The position numbers were made by a program, and so were the translations under genes. From Ylistrum balloti (taxonomy: Eukaryota): a stretch of DNA of 64,000 nt. The stretch is taken from the NCBI RefSeq assembly GCF_031769215.1, contig NW_026782081.1, positions 1,984,001 through 2,048,000 on the forward strand, written 5' to 3'. How positions within the stretch are numbered: position 1 is the stretch's first letter; each line of letters starts with the position of its first letter. The notes under the pieces were generated by a model, which was given only the letters and a program-made list of their open reading frames with translations, was not told the DNA's origin and searched no databases. Below are positions 53,701 through 64,000 of this stretch, piece by piece.

Positions 53701-55397
53701 GATATTGTCAGACAATAGGCTATCACTGAAGTACCTAACTTCTCTTGATAATATCTCCTTCCCACATAAACACATTGGTGAAGAATTCTGCAACAAAAAA
53801 GAAAAACAACATAAACATTTTTCTATGAAAATTGTATTGAAGTAAAACAGTTTTTTTTTAATAATGTTGAACCTAAATCCTGTTTAGGAAAGCACAATTT
53901 AATCATAGTATAAAAGAAATTGGTTAAAAGCTGAGTAAGATCTTCATACAAGAATAAAAACAATGGGGACTAATTCCTCCAAATACCAAGTTTCAAAGAA
54001 GTTGGTTAAAAACTGTCAGAGAATAACTACAAATACAATGAAAATGCTGAAAAAAGTTGAAGGGCAATTATTCCTCAAAAAAGATTGTTGAATCAAAATT
54101 CTTTTCAAGGCAACACAATTTCATAACATGATTAAAAAGCCTGACAAGTTAATGGAGGTCAGTTGAAAACTTCTGATAAGGTTTAGTTTTATGAAAAAAA
54201 TCAATAGGCAGTTACTCTACCAAAATCAGTTGAATCAAAATGCCAGTTTGGAAATCACAACTTCATGCCATGGTGATTAAAACCTATTTAGATAGGTGTA
54301 TCAATTTTTTAGAAGGCTAATATCCAAGGTGACAAAATGTATATATTCGCATAAGACACATTAATTTCTCTTGTCTATTTTTGTGCTAAAATTAAAATAA
54401 ATATCATTAACTTTTTTCTCCATTGCCTACAATGTGGCCTTTGGGAACACTACGTGCAAATATCAAAAGTGAGTATGAATTTACCTGTGGTCTTTTAATC
54501 CACATTAAAGGCAATGGAGGTGATAAAGTTTGGTGGTTTTTACAAAAAGTCCAGACAGGTGAATTGTACTTTTTGTGATATGGTTATTGGGTCTTGTTAA
54601 ATGTTTTAATAAACATCATGCGTTTCTATTTCAAATTAAACATTATTTTAATGATTCAAAGCAGTAACTGTCACTCAATCCATTGCGCATAGATGGGAGT
54701 TACTCCAGCAATGTTAGAGGTACAACATGGTGAAAAACTTTTAACAGGGGCCAACGTATTCTGATGGAGAAAGACATCTTGCAAATTTGTTTAGGAGTAA
54801 TATGGGAGTGTGACCAAGGGCTACTTGTTGAAAGTTTCAACCACAAGCAATTAGCTCTCTGCTGAAAAAACATGTCTTATCTTATACATCAATACGATGG
54901 GTTTTTTTCTTTTCCCATTTTTGTTGTTTTTCTTTAATCATTGATTTTAAAAGTGCCCATTTGAACTACATGTAATAACCTTTAACCTGTTGACTTTGAA
55001 TCACGTTTTTTTCAGTTTCGTGCTGAATCGTGGTGTAAACAAACTTTGGACAAAGTTATACATTATCACTATCACGTGAATATTTTGTTTGTTGTTCTAC
55101 ACTCGCAGCCCATACTTAAACAAAAGAAAATTATTTTCATGCTCAAACTAGTTGTAGAATATAACGGTCAGTCACAAAACGGGACGTTGCGAAACACATG
55201 TGCTACACAGCTCAAGGTCGATCTGACAACTTGAATCTTACACGTATACATATGTCCGTTGTAATTCCATTAGGGAAACCAGCGAGGCGCCGCCTTTGAA
55301 TAAAACTGATGTTCCTTGACACACACTTCTTCAGAGATTGTTGGAGACGACAACATTTCACCAGCTCAAATTGTAGTCTGCTCGAAACGGAAGCCAT
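47752..55397 (-). CDS. PDSS1: All-trans polyprenyl (decaprenyl) diphosphate synthase subunit 1, complete, 9 exons, 413 aa
   Basis: Exons: 55397-55242, 53787-53614, 53218-53085, 51889-51751, 50183-50072, 49516-49407, 48863-48783, 48634-48440, 47892-47752. Total 1242 nt, phases consistent, all GT-AG. Motifs: YYFDGKGKAFRP, EMIHTASLIHDDVID (FARM), RRG, GEFMQLG, KTASL, AFQLIDDLLD (SARM). The basic N-terminus resembles a mitochondrial transit peptide. Confidence 0.97.
50901..51722 (-). mobile_element. HINE-like element of the 16952-18168 family, in PDSS1 intron 4
   Basis: + strand ATAAAGAGATCCCGAAGTGATTTGGGAACCCACCA matches the family 3' end. AGACAGACAGACGA...TTGAATAGCCCACC matches the 5' end with its GTCY microsatellite. 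Confidence 0.7.
52350..52720. repeat. 25-bp minisatellite with two alternating variants (50-bp dimer), PDSS1 intron 3
   Basis: GGAGTGAGGGAGAGCTATGGTGACA alternates with GGAGTGAAGGAGAGTTATAGTAACT. Confidence 0.93.
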
Positions 55398-58300
55398 ACT
55401 TCATAGTGTACCGGTATCCATGCAGAGCTAGGCAAAGGTCGTACTATAAACTTTAGTTTCGTACTTTCTGCTGCAATACTCTGTTAAGGTTGCTCGCACG
55501 GCAAAGTTTAAAATGAAATTTTGCATCAAGTGTTTAATTACGCATGTTATTGTTTTTCTTGTACGTAAGATTATTGGCACCATGTCTTCAATAAAACAGA
55601 TTAAGTTTGATGGACTGCTTCTAGTGGTAAGATTCTCATATAGTCAGAGACAGGAACAGCTAAAACTATTTTACCATTTGCCTTTAGAAAAGCAGAGGAC
55701 GCATTATAATACTTTCAAAATAACAAATGAAATTCACAACGTAGAGTGCTGCAGCACAGTCACATTATGGAGAAATGCTGCTGATAAAAACTATAATCCA
55801 AATGCTCGAATATATGTTAAGATTTTTTTCCGTCAAGAACTGTACCAGTATGAAACTTACTTGAACACTTTGTCTCAGTATCAGGTGTAAAACCGTTTAA
55901 AATTAAAGGAACTACATAATTACCGGAAAAGTGTTCAAAAATCTTCTACAAAGCTAGTATCAAACAATTATTGTAAACCAGATTTATAGAACGGCACGTT
56001 TATATGACTTTATATCACCAACATCGTTATATACAGCCCTGAACCAGAATTAAGCTCTTTAACTCAATGAGCCCGTGAACAAATTTACTCATATACTTCA
56101 TATTGAGACATTTAAGTCTATGACTCAAAATTTTAGGGATGGTTTGATTTAAATTTACTGATAGACCTAAAATTCTTAGTGTAAATTAAAACCTCTGTCA
56201 AAAATAAGAAACAACATCATCAGTATCATGGACGAGTCTAAAGGACATACAGGCACAGGTGTGGTAATATGAATACAGGCGGATTTATCTGAACTTGAAA
56301 TCAGATATGCTTTTAACTCGGTTTGTTAATACTAGTATATATTTGGTGACATGCGAGTAAAATTATAAATGTATGTATTCGTTGAGTTTATTTGAATCAT
56401 ATAAAACTTTTAGCATTTTTTCAATTCATTCACGAAAGCCTGAAAACCTTGTTCAACGATCCGTTTAGCGATATCCACTCGGAATCTCCATACAAAATGC
56501 TCGCTTCCTTTGTTACAAGAAAAAAACCCAACTTTAATCAAAATAATTTAACAACTTCAACTTTAATCAAAATAATTTGACAATTTACTTGACTGGCAGT
56601 AAAGTTCAAGGAGAGAAATATAAAATTGTACTGGTAAATATTTTGTTATCGTATGGTATGTGGCATGGTACAAGGTTTGGTGTGGTGTGGTGTAGTATGG
56701 TATAGTAATATATGGTATGTTATATTATATATGGTATGGTGTGAAGTAGAGTTGAGCAGAATAAATTTGGTAAGAACGTTATTTTTCTATCTCGCAATTA
56801 GCAAATATAGTTATATGATAAAATGTGCAGCCATATTATCTTAGACGAAGAGAAAATTTGATCGCTTTAAAGTAGGACAGGTCTGTCGTTTGTTCATTGA
56901 AATTATTCTATGATAAGGTAATATGCAATATATGTAATATTTGAACTACGGAAACGAGTCAAATGTGAGTTAATAATTTCAGTTCATTAATCAAAAGACA
57001 AAACTGTTCCTATTTCATAACCATAAATACATATCACCTGACGAGGTTCCCTGTCAAGGTTAGACTTTCTGTTGACGATTGTCTGACTTCTAATAATTCT
57101 CAACTGTATTCCTTTTATTTCAATAAACGTGTAGACTTATGAATCTCGAATTTTGATATCACCCATGTTGCTGTTCTTTAAACATTTAAACAAAACACTT
57201 CCTGGCGCAATTTTCTAAGGACGATTTTCTTATGCTAGCCTTTATAGATCAATCAGAACAATATATTTATATATAGGGTATTTAATGACTTCCTGTATAG
57301 TACCATTTATATGACACGAGTATAACAGAATATCTATATTTTATATCCTGCAGCTGGCGATGCCATTGTTGGAATACATCTGCCACATATGTATTCTGCA
57401 AAGCAGGAAAACAGCTGTATCATAACCCTCTGAATTTACCTAAATTTATTGTTTACAAATACTAATAACTATCTAAATAAGCAATTATATATACTCTAAA
57501 TAATAAAATTGATATACAAAACCATAAATTTGCTGTTATATTCGTTAGATTTTGTAACTTTATTTCCAAGCGGAGCAATTATTTTAGTCGCACGTCATCA
57601 GACAAAATTCAGTTAGACAATGATTAAATCACTGCTGCAGGTTAAACAGAATACATGATCAGTGTCTTTAAATATAAGCTGTGTTTTGACAGAAAAATCA
57701 AAAGTGGCTCTCCAGAGGCTCGCTAAAATACAGACATTGACCATTTTATAATCTGTCTCACTAGTGAAATATAAGATATTTAACGGGAAAGTATTATATT
57801 TTCTTGATCCGTCGTTCAAAGATGTTTGTAAAAATACCAGCTCATTCATTGTCATCGGATAGTGTGACGTTACTCTTCACAGCATGACGAAGATTTTGAA
57901 CAAGCAGTTTTAAGTTGTATTTTACCATTTAACGTTGTTTTCTTATACCAAGTTAAAGGAAACCAGACATGTATACGGGAATCATTTAATTGAAAACCAA
58001 CTTATTCAAAATTCACTTCATTTACGTCCGAACAGAAAAATCGGTGAATTCCAATGCAATGACTAAAAAGCGGCGCTATGATTGGTCAAAATACAAGAAG
58101 AAAATACCAGCGTGTGAACCGAATCATAGTCCAAACTCAATAAAACTAGATAAAATATCAGCATTGATACCTTTTAAAACGTACAAGGAGTAAGACCCTG
58201 ATGTTCCGCAGAGTAAAGCGTCTTCTTCATCAATCGACGACACCCGCTGTGTAAATATTGGACAATCCAAGTAACATCACGTTCTTAAATGAGAACAATG

Positions 58301-58952
58301 TATTCAGAAACGGAACCAATAGTCAAATGAATGAGCATTGATTGAACACGTCAAGCTTCATATAAAAAGAATTAGAAAAGTAATAATAATGATGATTTCT
58401 GAAGATTTTTAGTTTTTATCAAGTTCGTAAATTCCTATATTTCACTGGGAAAATGTAATAAATACAATGCCATATCTACTCATTCAAGCTGTGGGACTGT
58501 TCTGTCATTGGATTCCTGTTACCATCATCACAGCTGCTATGGCTGGCATCTAAGTCATGAATACCTGTTCCGAGTTGAGTTGCTCCTGCAAAAGAAACCT
58601 ATTGGATATGTGTTCCTAGGTTGTGACATTCCAAAGTCATTGATAAAGGTACTTGATTTCATCACTCAGTTGTGGGATGTTCTAGTCATTACCATAATTA
58701 TTGAAGGGTGCTATTTTGATACGTGACATAATTCTTATTACAGGTGGTAGATACTGCTGGTGGAATTTTGGTCCGTAAACAGCATGTCGCGTCTTGGTTC
58801 AAACACATACTTGTCGTTCAAGTTTAATTATTACAAGTAGGAACATTACGGAATTTACTCAATCATTTGATTGTGTGTATCCCCATCTAAGGTTGGATAT
58901 TTTCTTTAATCAATTTTCCTTAGTTGCTTCATAATTTCCAAATTTAAGTCCC

Positions 58953-59133
58953 TAGCATAATCGACGAGTCATAGAAGGACAAAACAACTGTACGATGTAG
59001 TATCACTGACGAGTCCTAGAAAATCAAAAAATAGCTGTATGATGTAGCATTAATGACGAGTGTTAGAAGGACGAAACAGCTGTATGATGTAGCATCACTA
59101 CGAATCCTAGAAGGGCGAAACAATTGTATGATG
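58953..59133 (+). ncRNA. Tandem array of four degenerate minimal type I hammerhead ribozyme motifs (45-bp unit)
   Basis: Consensus TAGCATCA-CTGACGA-GTCC-TAGAA-GGAC-GAAA-CAGCTGTA-TGATG. It has the CUGANGA and GAAA core boxes, helix II GUCC/GGAC, helix I CAUCA/UGAUG, palindromic helix III and a GUA cleavage triplet. Confidence 0.8.
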
Positions 59134-59492
59134 CAGTTACTTTATTATTTGGTTCAATTGAAGTTAGTTCTAAATTTGATCAAAGGTGCAACTCACTTGT
59201 GTGTCTTTTGTACAACCCTCATATAATAGCTCATGGGTTGGCTCTTTCCTAAAAAGCAGCATTTTAAGTTTTCTTTGTGAGACGTAATATTCAGAACACG
59301 GCTCGATTTTGTGATAGAGTTTTAAGACGGAATATGTCTATCTCGAGATACACTGTATTTTTTGTCTTTAACTATACAAAGAAACGGTTTCTAAACACCG
59401 AGTGTTTATTACGGAAGGTCGAAATGTTTAATAACCAAGTTTATAACTATACATATCAGGTAAGTGTGAATGTATCGGGGAAATGCTATTCT

Positions 59493-59883
59493 ACATACAG
59501 ATGTTTTCTATTATCATACATACAGGTGTATTTCATATAATTTTACATACAGGTGTATTTTCAATTATCATACATACAGGTGTGTTTTCAATTATCATAC
59601 ATACAGGTGTATTTCATATAATTTTTATATACAGGTGTGTTTTCAATTATCATACATACAGGTGTGTTTTATATAATTTTACATACAGGTGTGTTTTATA
59701 TAATTTTACATACAGGTGTGTTATATAATTTTACATACAGGTGTGTTTTCAATTATCGTACATACGGGTGTATTTTCAATTATCATATATACGGGTGTGT
59801 TTTCAATTATCATACATACAGGTGTGTTTTATATAATTTTACATACAGGTGTGTTTTATATAATTTTACATACAGGTGTGTTA
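59493..59883. repeat. 27-bp minisatellite, about 14 copies, two variants
   Basis: CATACAGGTGTGTTTTCAATTATCATA and CATACAGGTGTGTTTTATATAATTTTA. It explains the HTGVFSIII and YRCVF ORFs. Confidence 0.95.
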
Positions 59884-62800
59884 TCATCACCGATTGTAAA
59901 TACTCAGTAATACAGTAAGATGTTTTAAATTTGACAATTAATTGGTCTTTGTATCTATTTAGCCAAATGATATACACTTCAAGCTCGTTTCCCCAGCCCA
60001 GATTTATAGTATGCGTGTAAATATTGTTTAAATATTAAATGATAATATTGATTAAACAAATGAGGGTTACATGTTCTGATATGTTTCAAAACTAAACCAA
60101 CAAAAATGTTGTTTTCAATTGTTTAATTAAATGAACTCCATCCACAAAATATAGACCAATACATTCGTGGTATCACATACATACAGATCAATCTATGGTG
60201 AGGTATCAGATCAAACACGATGTTTATATTTACAAATGATCACCATTAATTCACATGAAATAGATTATCGGACTGGCTGTTTACATTTTATAATTATTGA
60301 CAAATAAGAAAAGGGTTGTATACTGGCTGTACATAACCAACATTATCACAGAATGTTCCATTATGGCGAGTGAAAACTTAATACAGTGTCACTCCAGTCC
60401 AGTTAAGAAATCCAACATACCGAGGAGGGGGAAATCAGCATACTTTGTTACAGTTTCAGTGCAATCACAAGTTGGCTAAAATATAATTCATTACCTCATT
60501 GAATTCAGATCAGGAAAGAAATCAATATTTTGAAATATTGATCACTTGAATTACGCAAGGCATGGACGGAAATGTACAATGTTTTCTAGACTTGCTAAAT
60601 GTACTTACACTGGACAATGAAATGAGGAGTACAACATAACGACGAAAACAGATGATACTTTCTTCGTATACTGGATAAGAACGATAACTCAATTTTGATT
60701 TGACTTAATCGTACTTAATTACGAGATAAAACCAACCATTTACTAATAACAATGTATTTTGCATACTTTCAATCTATTTAACTAGAATTTCTAAAAAAAT
60801 TTCTTGGTTCACACTGCGACAGTGCGTTCTGTTTCACGGAAGTTCGTATCACAGGTACTGTAATTTTGGGTCGACTACAACAAGAACGACATTATATATA
60901 TACTGAAACAATACAACACTGTTCAGATTAGAGAGGTTTATAAGAACCTGAGATTGATTTATCACATGATTGATGCAGACTAAATATAGAACTGACGTTA
61001 CATTTGACGTAGAAATGTCTGTGTCTACATTATTGACTGAAAAATCGACCATGTGATAAAACATCTTAAAATCGTTTCCTTTTGATATGTGATGTATGAA
61101 ATTCTTAATAAATTCAAGCTTGACGAAGGCTCATTGAAAATTTGTGAAAGTTATTTCATAAATTCACATACCAAATAGAATGTGTACAAGTTCCAATATT
61201 ATATAAATGACATAATAATTTAGTTTTCTATTAAGACACACCGATAATGATGTTATATGATATATACACTGTTAACGTGCATAGTGTCAAACTTCAATTG
61301 AAGACAAAATTACAAAAAATCGGATTAAAAAACGTGTTTTCACCAATTGAAATAAAAAATGGAAGACAGGAACAGATAATAAATACAGGCATTAAATGTT
61401 TATCCCCAGTGTGATTGGGATTTTGTTTGTTTTCCGATCCATACAATCTTTATTTACTTGCAGTCTGTTTATAGTATAAGAATTTGAAGAAAGGCACTTC
61501 GTGTTGGACATACATATATACCACCTTGATCCTTAATGAGAAGTGTTAAACATTGGTTGATAGACCAAATCATACATAACGACAATAATATCGTATGACC
61601 AATCAAATAGAAATATTTATACATAGCAGTCAAACCCATAGATAAAAACTGGTAACTATCGTCCTAATAAACAGCTTTGAAATTACGAGTAGTTCAATAA
61701 AAATGCTCATATATTTACTAATTTCCGCAGTATAACAATTATATACAATTGTACATTTTCATCTGGTTTATATACAAATGTACAACTTTACATACACTGT
61801 ATAACTTGGTACGATATTTTTGACATGGAATTGTATAACGAATATTAAGTGCCGAGGTTTTTTTTTGTTTTTGTTTTTGAGAAAGAGTCTCATTATCAAG
61901 TTTCAGTTCCGGCTCTACGATGGCAAAACTATGAAATAACTGAAATTAGATATTTCAACTTTGATTGAAAATGACGAAATTTGTGCGTGCCCAAATAATC
62001 ATGTTAACCAACATAAAACCATAGATTATTCCATGAAGAGACACGTGTAATAATTTGTCATATATTGTTTGTCATGTAGTCTATGACGTAGGCACGATGT
62101 ATGGCATGACATATGGCAACGATTAATTCAACTACATCACTTTAATTAATTATGTATTATATATACTAAGCATAACAAGTTTCAGGACAGATAAAAACTC
62201 ACAATGGGTCGTTTTCTTCAAAAGGAAAACATCCAAATACATGTCACATATATTTCCTACTGCTTCATGTTGTGTCAAGATTAAATTGCAACAGAAATCA
62301 GAAGGCATCAAATCCAGAGAGGTCAACTGGATTTAATAATTTTTTCCCAGATCGTTTTGAAAACTAAAAGTAATTAATTCCACCAAGGTGTGTATTATAT
62401 GTTGTTTCTCCTAAATGAAATAGAGAGAACTGACTCTGACTCTGTATATAGTGAAACATCAAGCCAAACATTAGCATGCAACATTTCAAATACCCGTTGT
62501 AAAGTAGGTGAGTAAATTATATCTAGAAAATAATAGACGACTGTAATCTACACATCAGACACGATCTCTGGTAGATGAGTAGATTTTGTTATATGTGATC
62601 CTACCATTGTATTTACCAAATACATTACAACAGTTAATATATTCTTCGGTGTGAAAAACATACAGGCAAATTGATATCCACAATTATACAGGCAAATTTA
62701 TAACAAAAACGTCACAAAGATGGTTCATTTTTCTATCCAATTATCAATATCTATATTATATACAAATATGAATTTTAACACCTGTTTGTACTTTCTTGAA

Positions 62801-63042
62801 ATATCGTTCACGAATCGATGATTATTTTGGAGAAGGGAGACAACTCCGGAAGACGTCTGGTAGGCTGTTTGAAGGTTGAGTTTAGACACGATAGACAACT
62901 CTTGTAAGAAGAGCTTGCATACCGTTTAGTCGCTACTAAGTAGGCTGGTATCGTCTGAGAACGTCATGGAATAACACCAGTCAAGCAATATACACTATCA
63001 CAATCGTTCTGGTACAGTGGCTGTTTTTCTGACGTAGTGACG

Positions 63043-63257
63043 TCATCGAAACCATGGTAACCATTGGCGAAATGATATGAGCGCACACAGAGCTGCAGAG
63101 AGGAGTGAGATGTTGAGTGAGGGGGTACCATTACACAGGTGTTTTCCACACATGCACAGGTATCCGTTACCATCACTCTCTGTCCGACACACTCCGTCAA
63201 TCTTCATAATATTCAAAGTCATGCGAGCCGAACAGGTCCTCTCCAATATCCGTATGC
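63043..63257 (-). CDS. qvr: Last exon of a quiver/sleepless (Ly6/uPAR three-finger, GPI-anchored) protein; upstream exons not found in the window
   Basis: Acceptor TTTTTGCAG at 63258. IRILERTCSARMTLNIMKIDGVCRTESDGNGYLCMCGKHLCNG aligns with the Drosophila Qvr C-terminal half as I recall it (RRMC...[24 protein letters not shown]). A hydrophobic GPI-signal-like tail follows. Confidence 0.85.
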
Positions 63258-63930
63258 CTGCAAAAATTATGCGAAAGTTCAGTTTTTTTTGCAAATGTTA
63301 ATTTTTTGTCCACCAATTCCGATTACAAATGTAATAAGTAATCACACAAAGAACACGAAGTGTGTTTCGTTATAGTGTAGTAAGGAAAAGTAAACTGATT
63401 CTAGTGTTTCACCGATGTCCTGGGTATTTGGTTCCGATTTGTTTTAACCATTGATTGTATCAGTTTCTTTAACTGATCATACACTCATTACTGTCACGCT
63501 ATCAGGTATTGTAGTTAGATCCCTAATCAGGTCGAATAGTAATTCTCAGGAAGCTGGAATCACAGACTGTCCTGTGCTGTTGTAACCTTGGTAAGGACAA
63601 TTTATTCTATCTAATCTGGACATCATGCGGCGGGTATTTCTCACGCTGATAAGGGAATGTAACCATCAGTTAATACAAGGAGACTTGGTATCAAACTGAC
63701 CCTTACAGTTTACAGGGCGATGAACACATACAACAAAATCATTTTCAGGCATATGTAACACCAAATCTTAAAAATTACATATACAGCAGTATGTATACAT
63801 GCAGGTACTTTTATAAAACCAGTAAGCAATGTGTTGTACACGGATAGTCTCATCAATCATTCAGTTGTTTCTCAGAAAATACGGACCAATATATATATGG
63901 CTGAAATTTCTCTTATAATATACCAAGGTA

Positions 63931-64000
63931 AGAGAAGTTTTGATGTTTTATAATATATTAAGACAAGAGAAGTTTTGATGTTTTATAATATATTAAGACA
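63931..64000. repeat. 35-bp tandem repeat, 2 identical copies, running off the window end
   Basis: AGAGAAGTTTTGATGTTTTATAATATATTAAGACA x2. Confidence 0.9.

Noticed and set aside
58290-58335. YSETEPIVK*M resembling the Penelope GIY-YIG second motif
   Set aside because: The spacing is off and the first motif is missing, so it is too weak to claim a PLE ORF.
55513-58726. ORFs 55513-55890, 57990-58193 and 58508-58726 as a gene head-to-head with PDSS1
   Set aside because: No recognisable domain and no consistent splice chain.
58953-59883. CRISPR array interpretation of the 45-bp and 27-bp repeats
   Set aside because: There are no unique spacers and no cas genes, and the context is eukaryotic. 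These are head-to-tail repeats.

Overview
This is AT-rich, intron-rich animal DNA. The gene set and repeat families point to a bivalve mollusc (inference). The ORF track is mostly exon fragments and repeat artefacts, so I rebuilt the genes by hand from GT-AG junctions. Five protein-coding genes are supported: (1) the 3' part of a divergent TALE-class homeobox gene (+, stop at 12468); (2) a complete 15-exon Enhancer of polycomb gene (-, 36029-23265, 774 aa); (3) RBBP9 serine hydrolase with an intronless CDS (+, 39665-40204), head-to-head with EPC; (4) a complete 9-exon PDSS1 (-, 55397-47752, 413 aa); (5) the last exon of a quiver/sleepless Ly6-family gene (-, 63257-63043). Introns and intergenic DNA hold several Helentron-associated (HINE/DINE-like) elements, V-type tRNA-SINEs, two TIR elements, a decayed HERO-type non-LTR retrotransposon and several minisatellites. 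The most striking non-gene signals are a 4-copy, 45-bp tandem array whose consensus is a complete minimal type I hammerhead ribozyme (58953-59133) and a 143-bp solo LTR with a 4-bp TSD that carries a tRNA-like Pol III module (4596-4738). All family assignments come from remembered motifs, not database searches.
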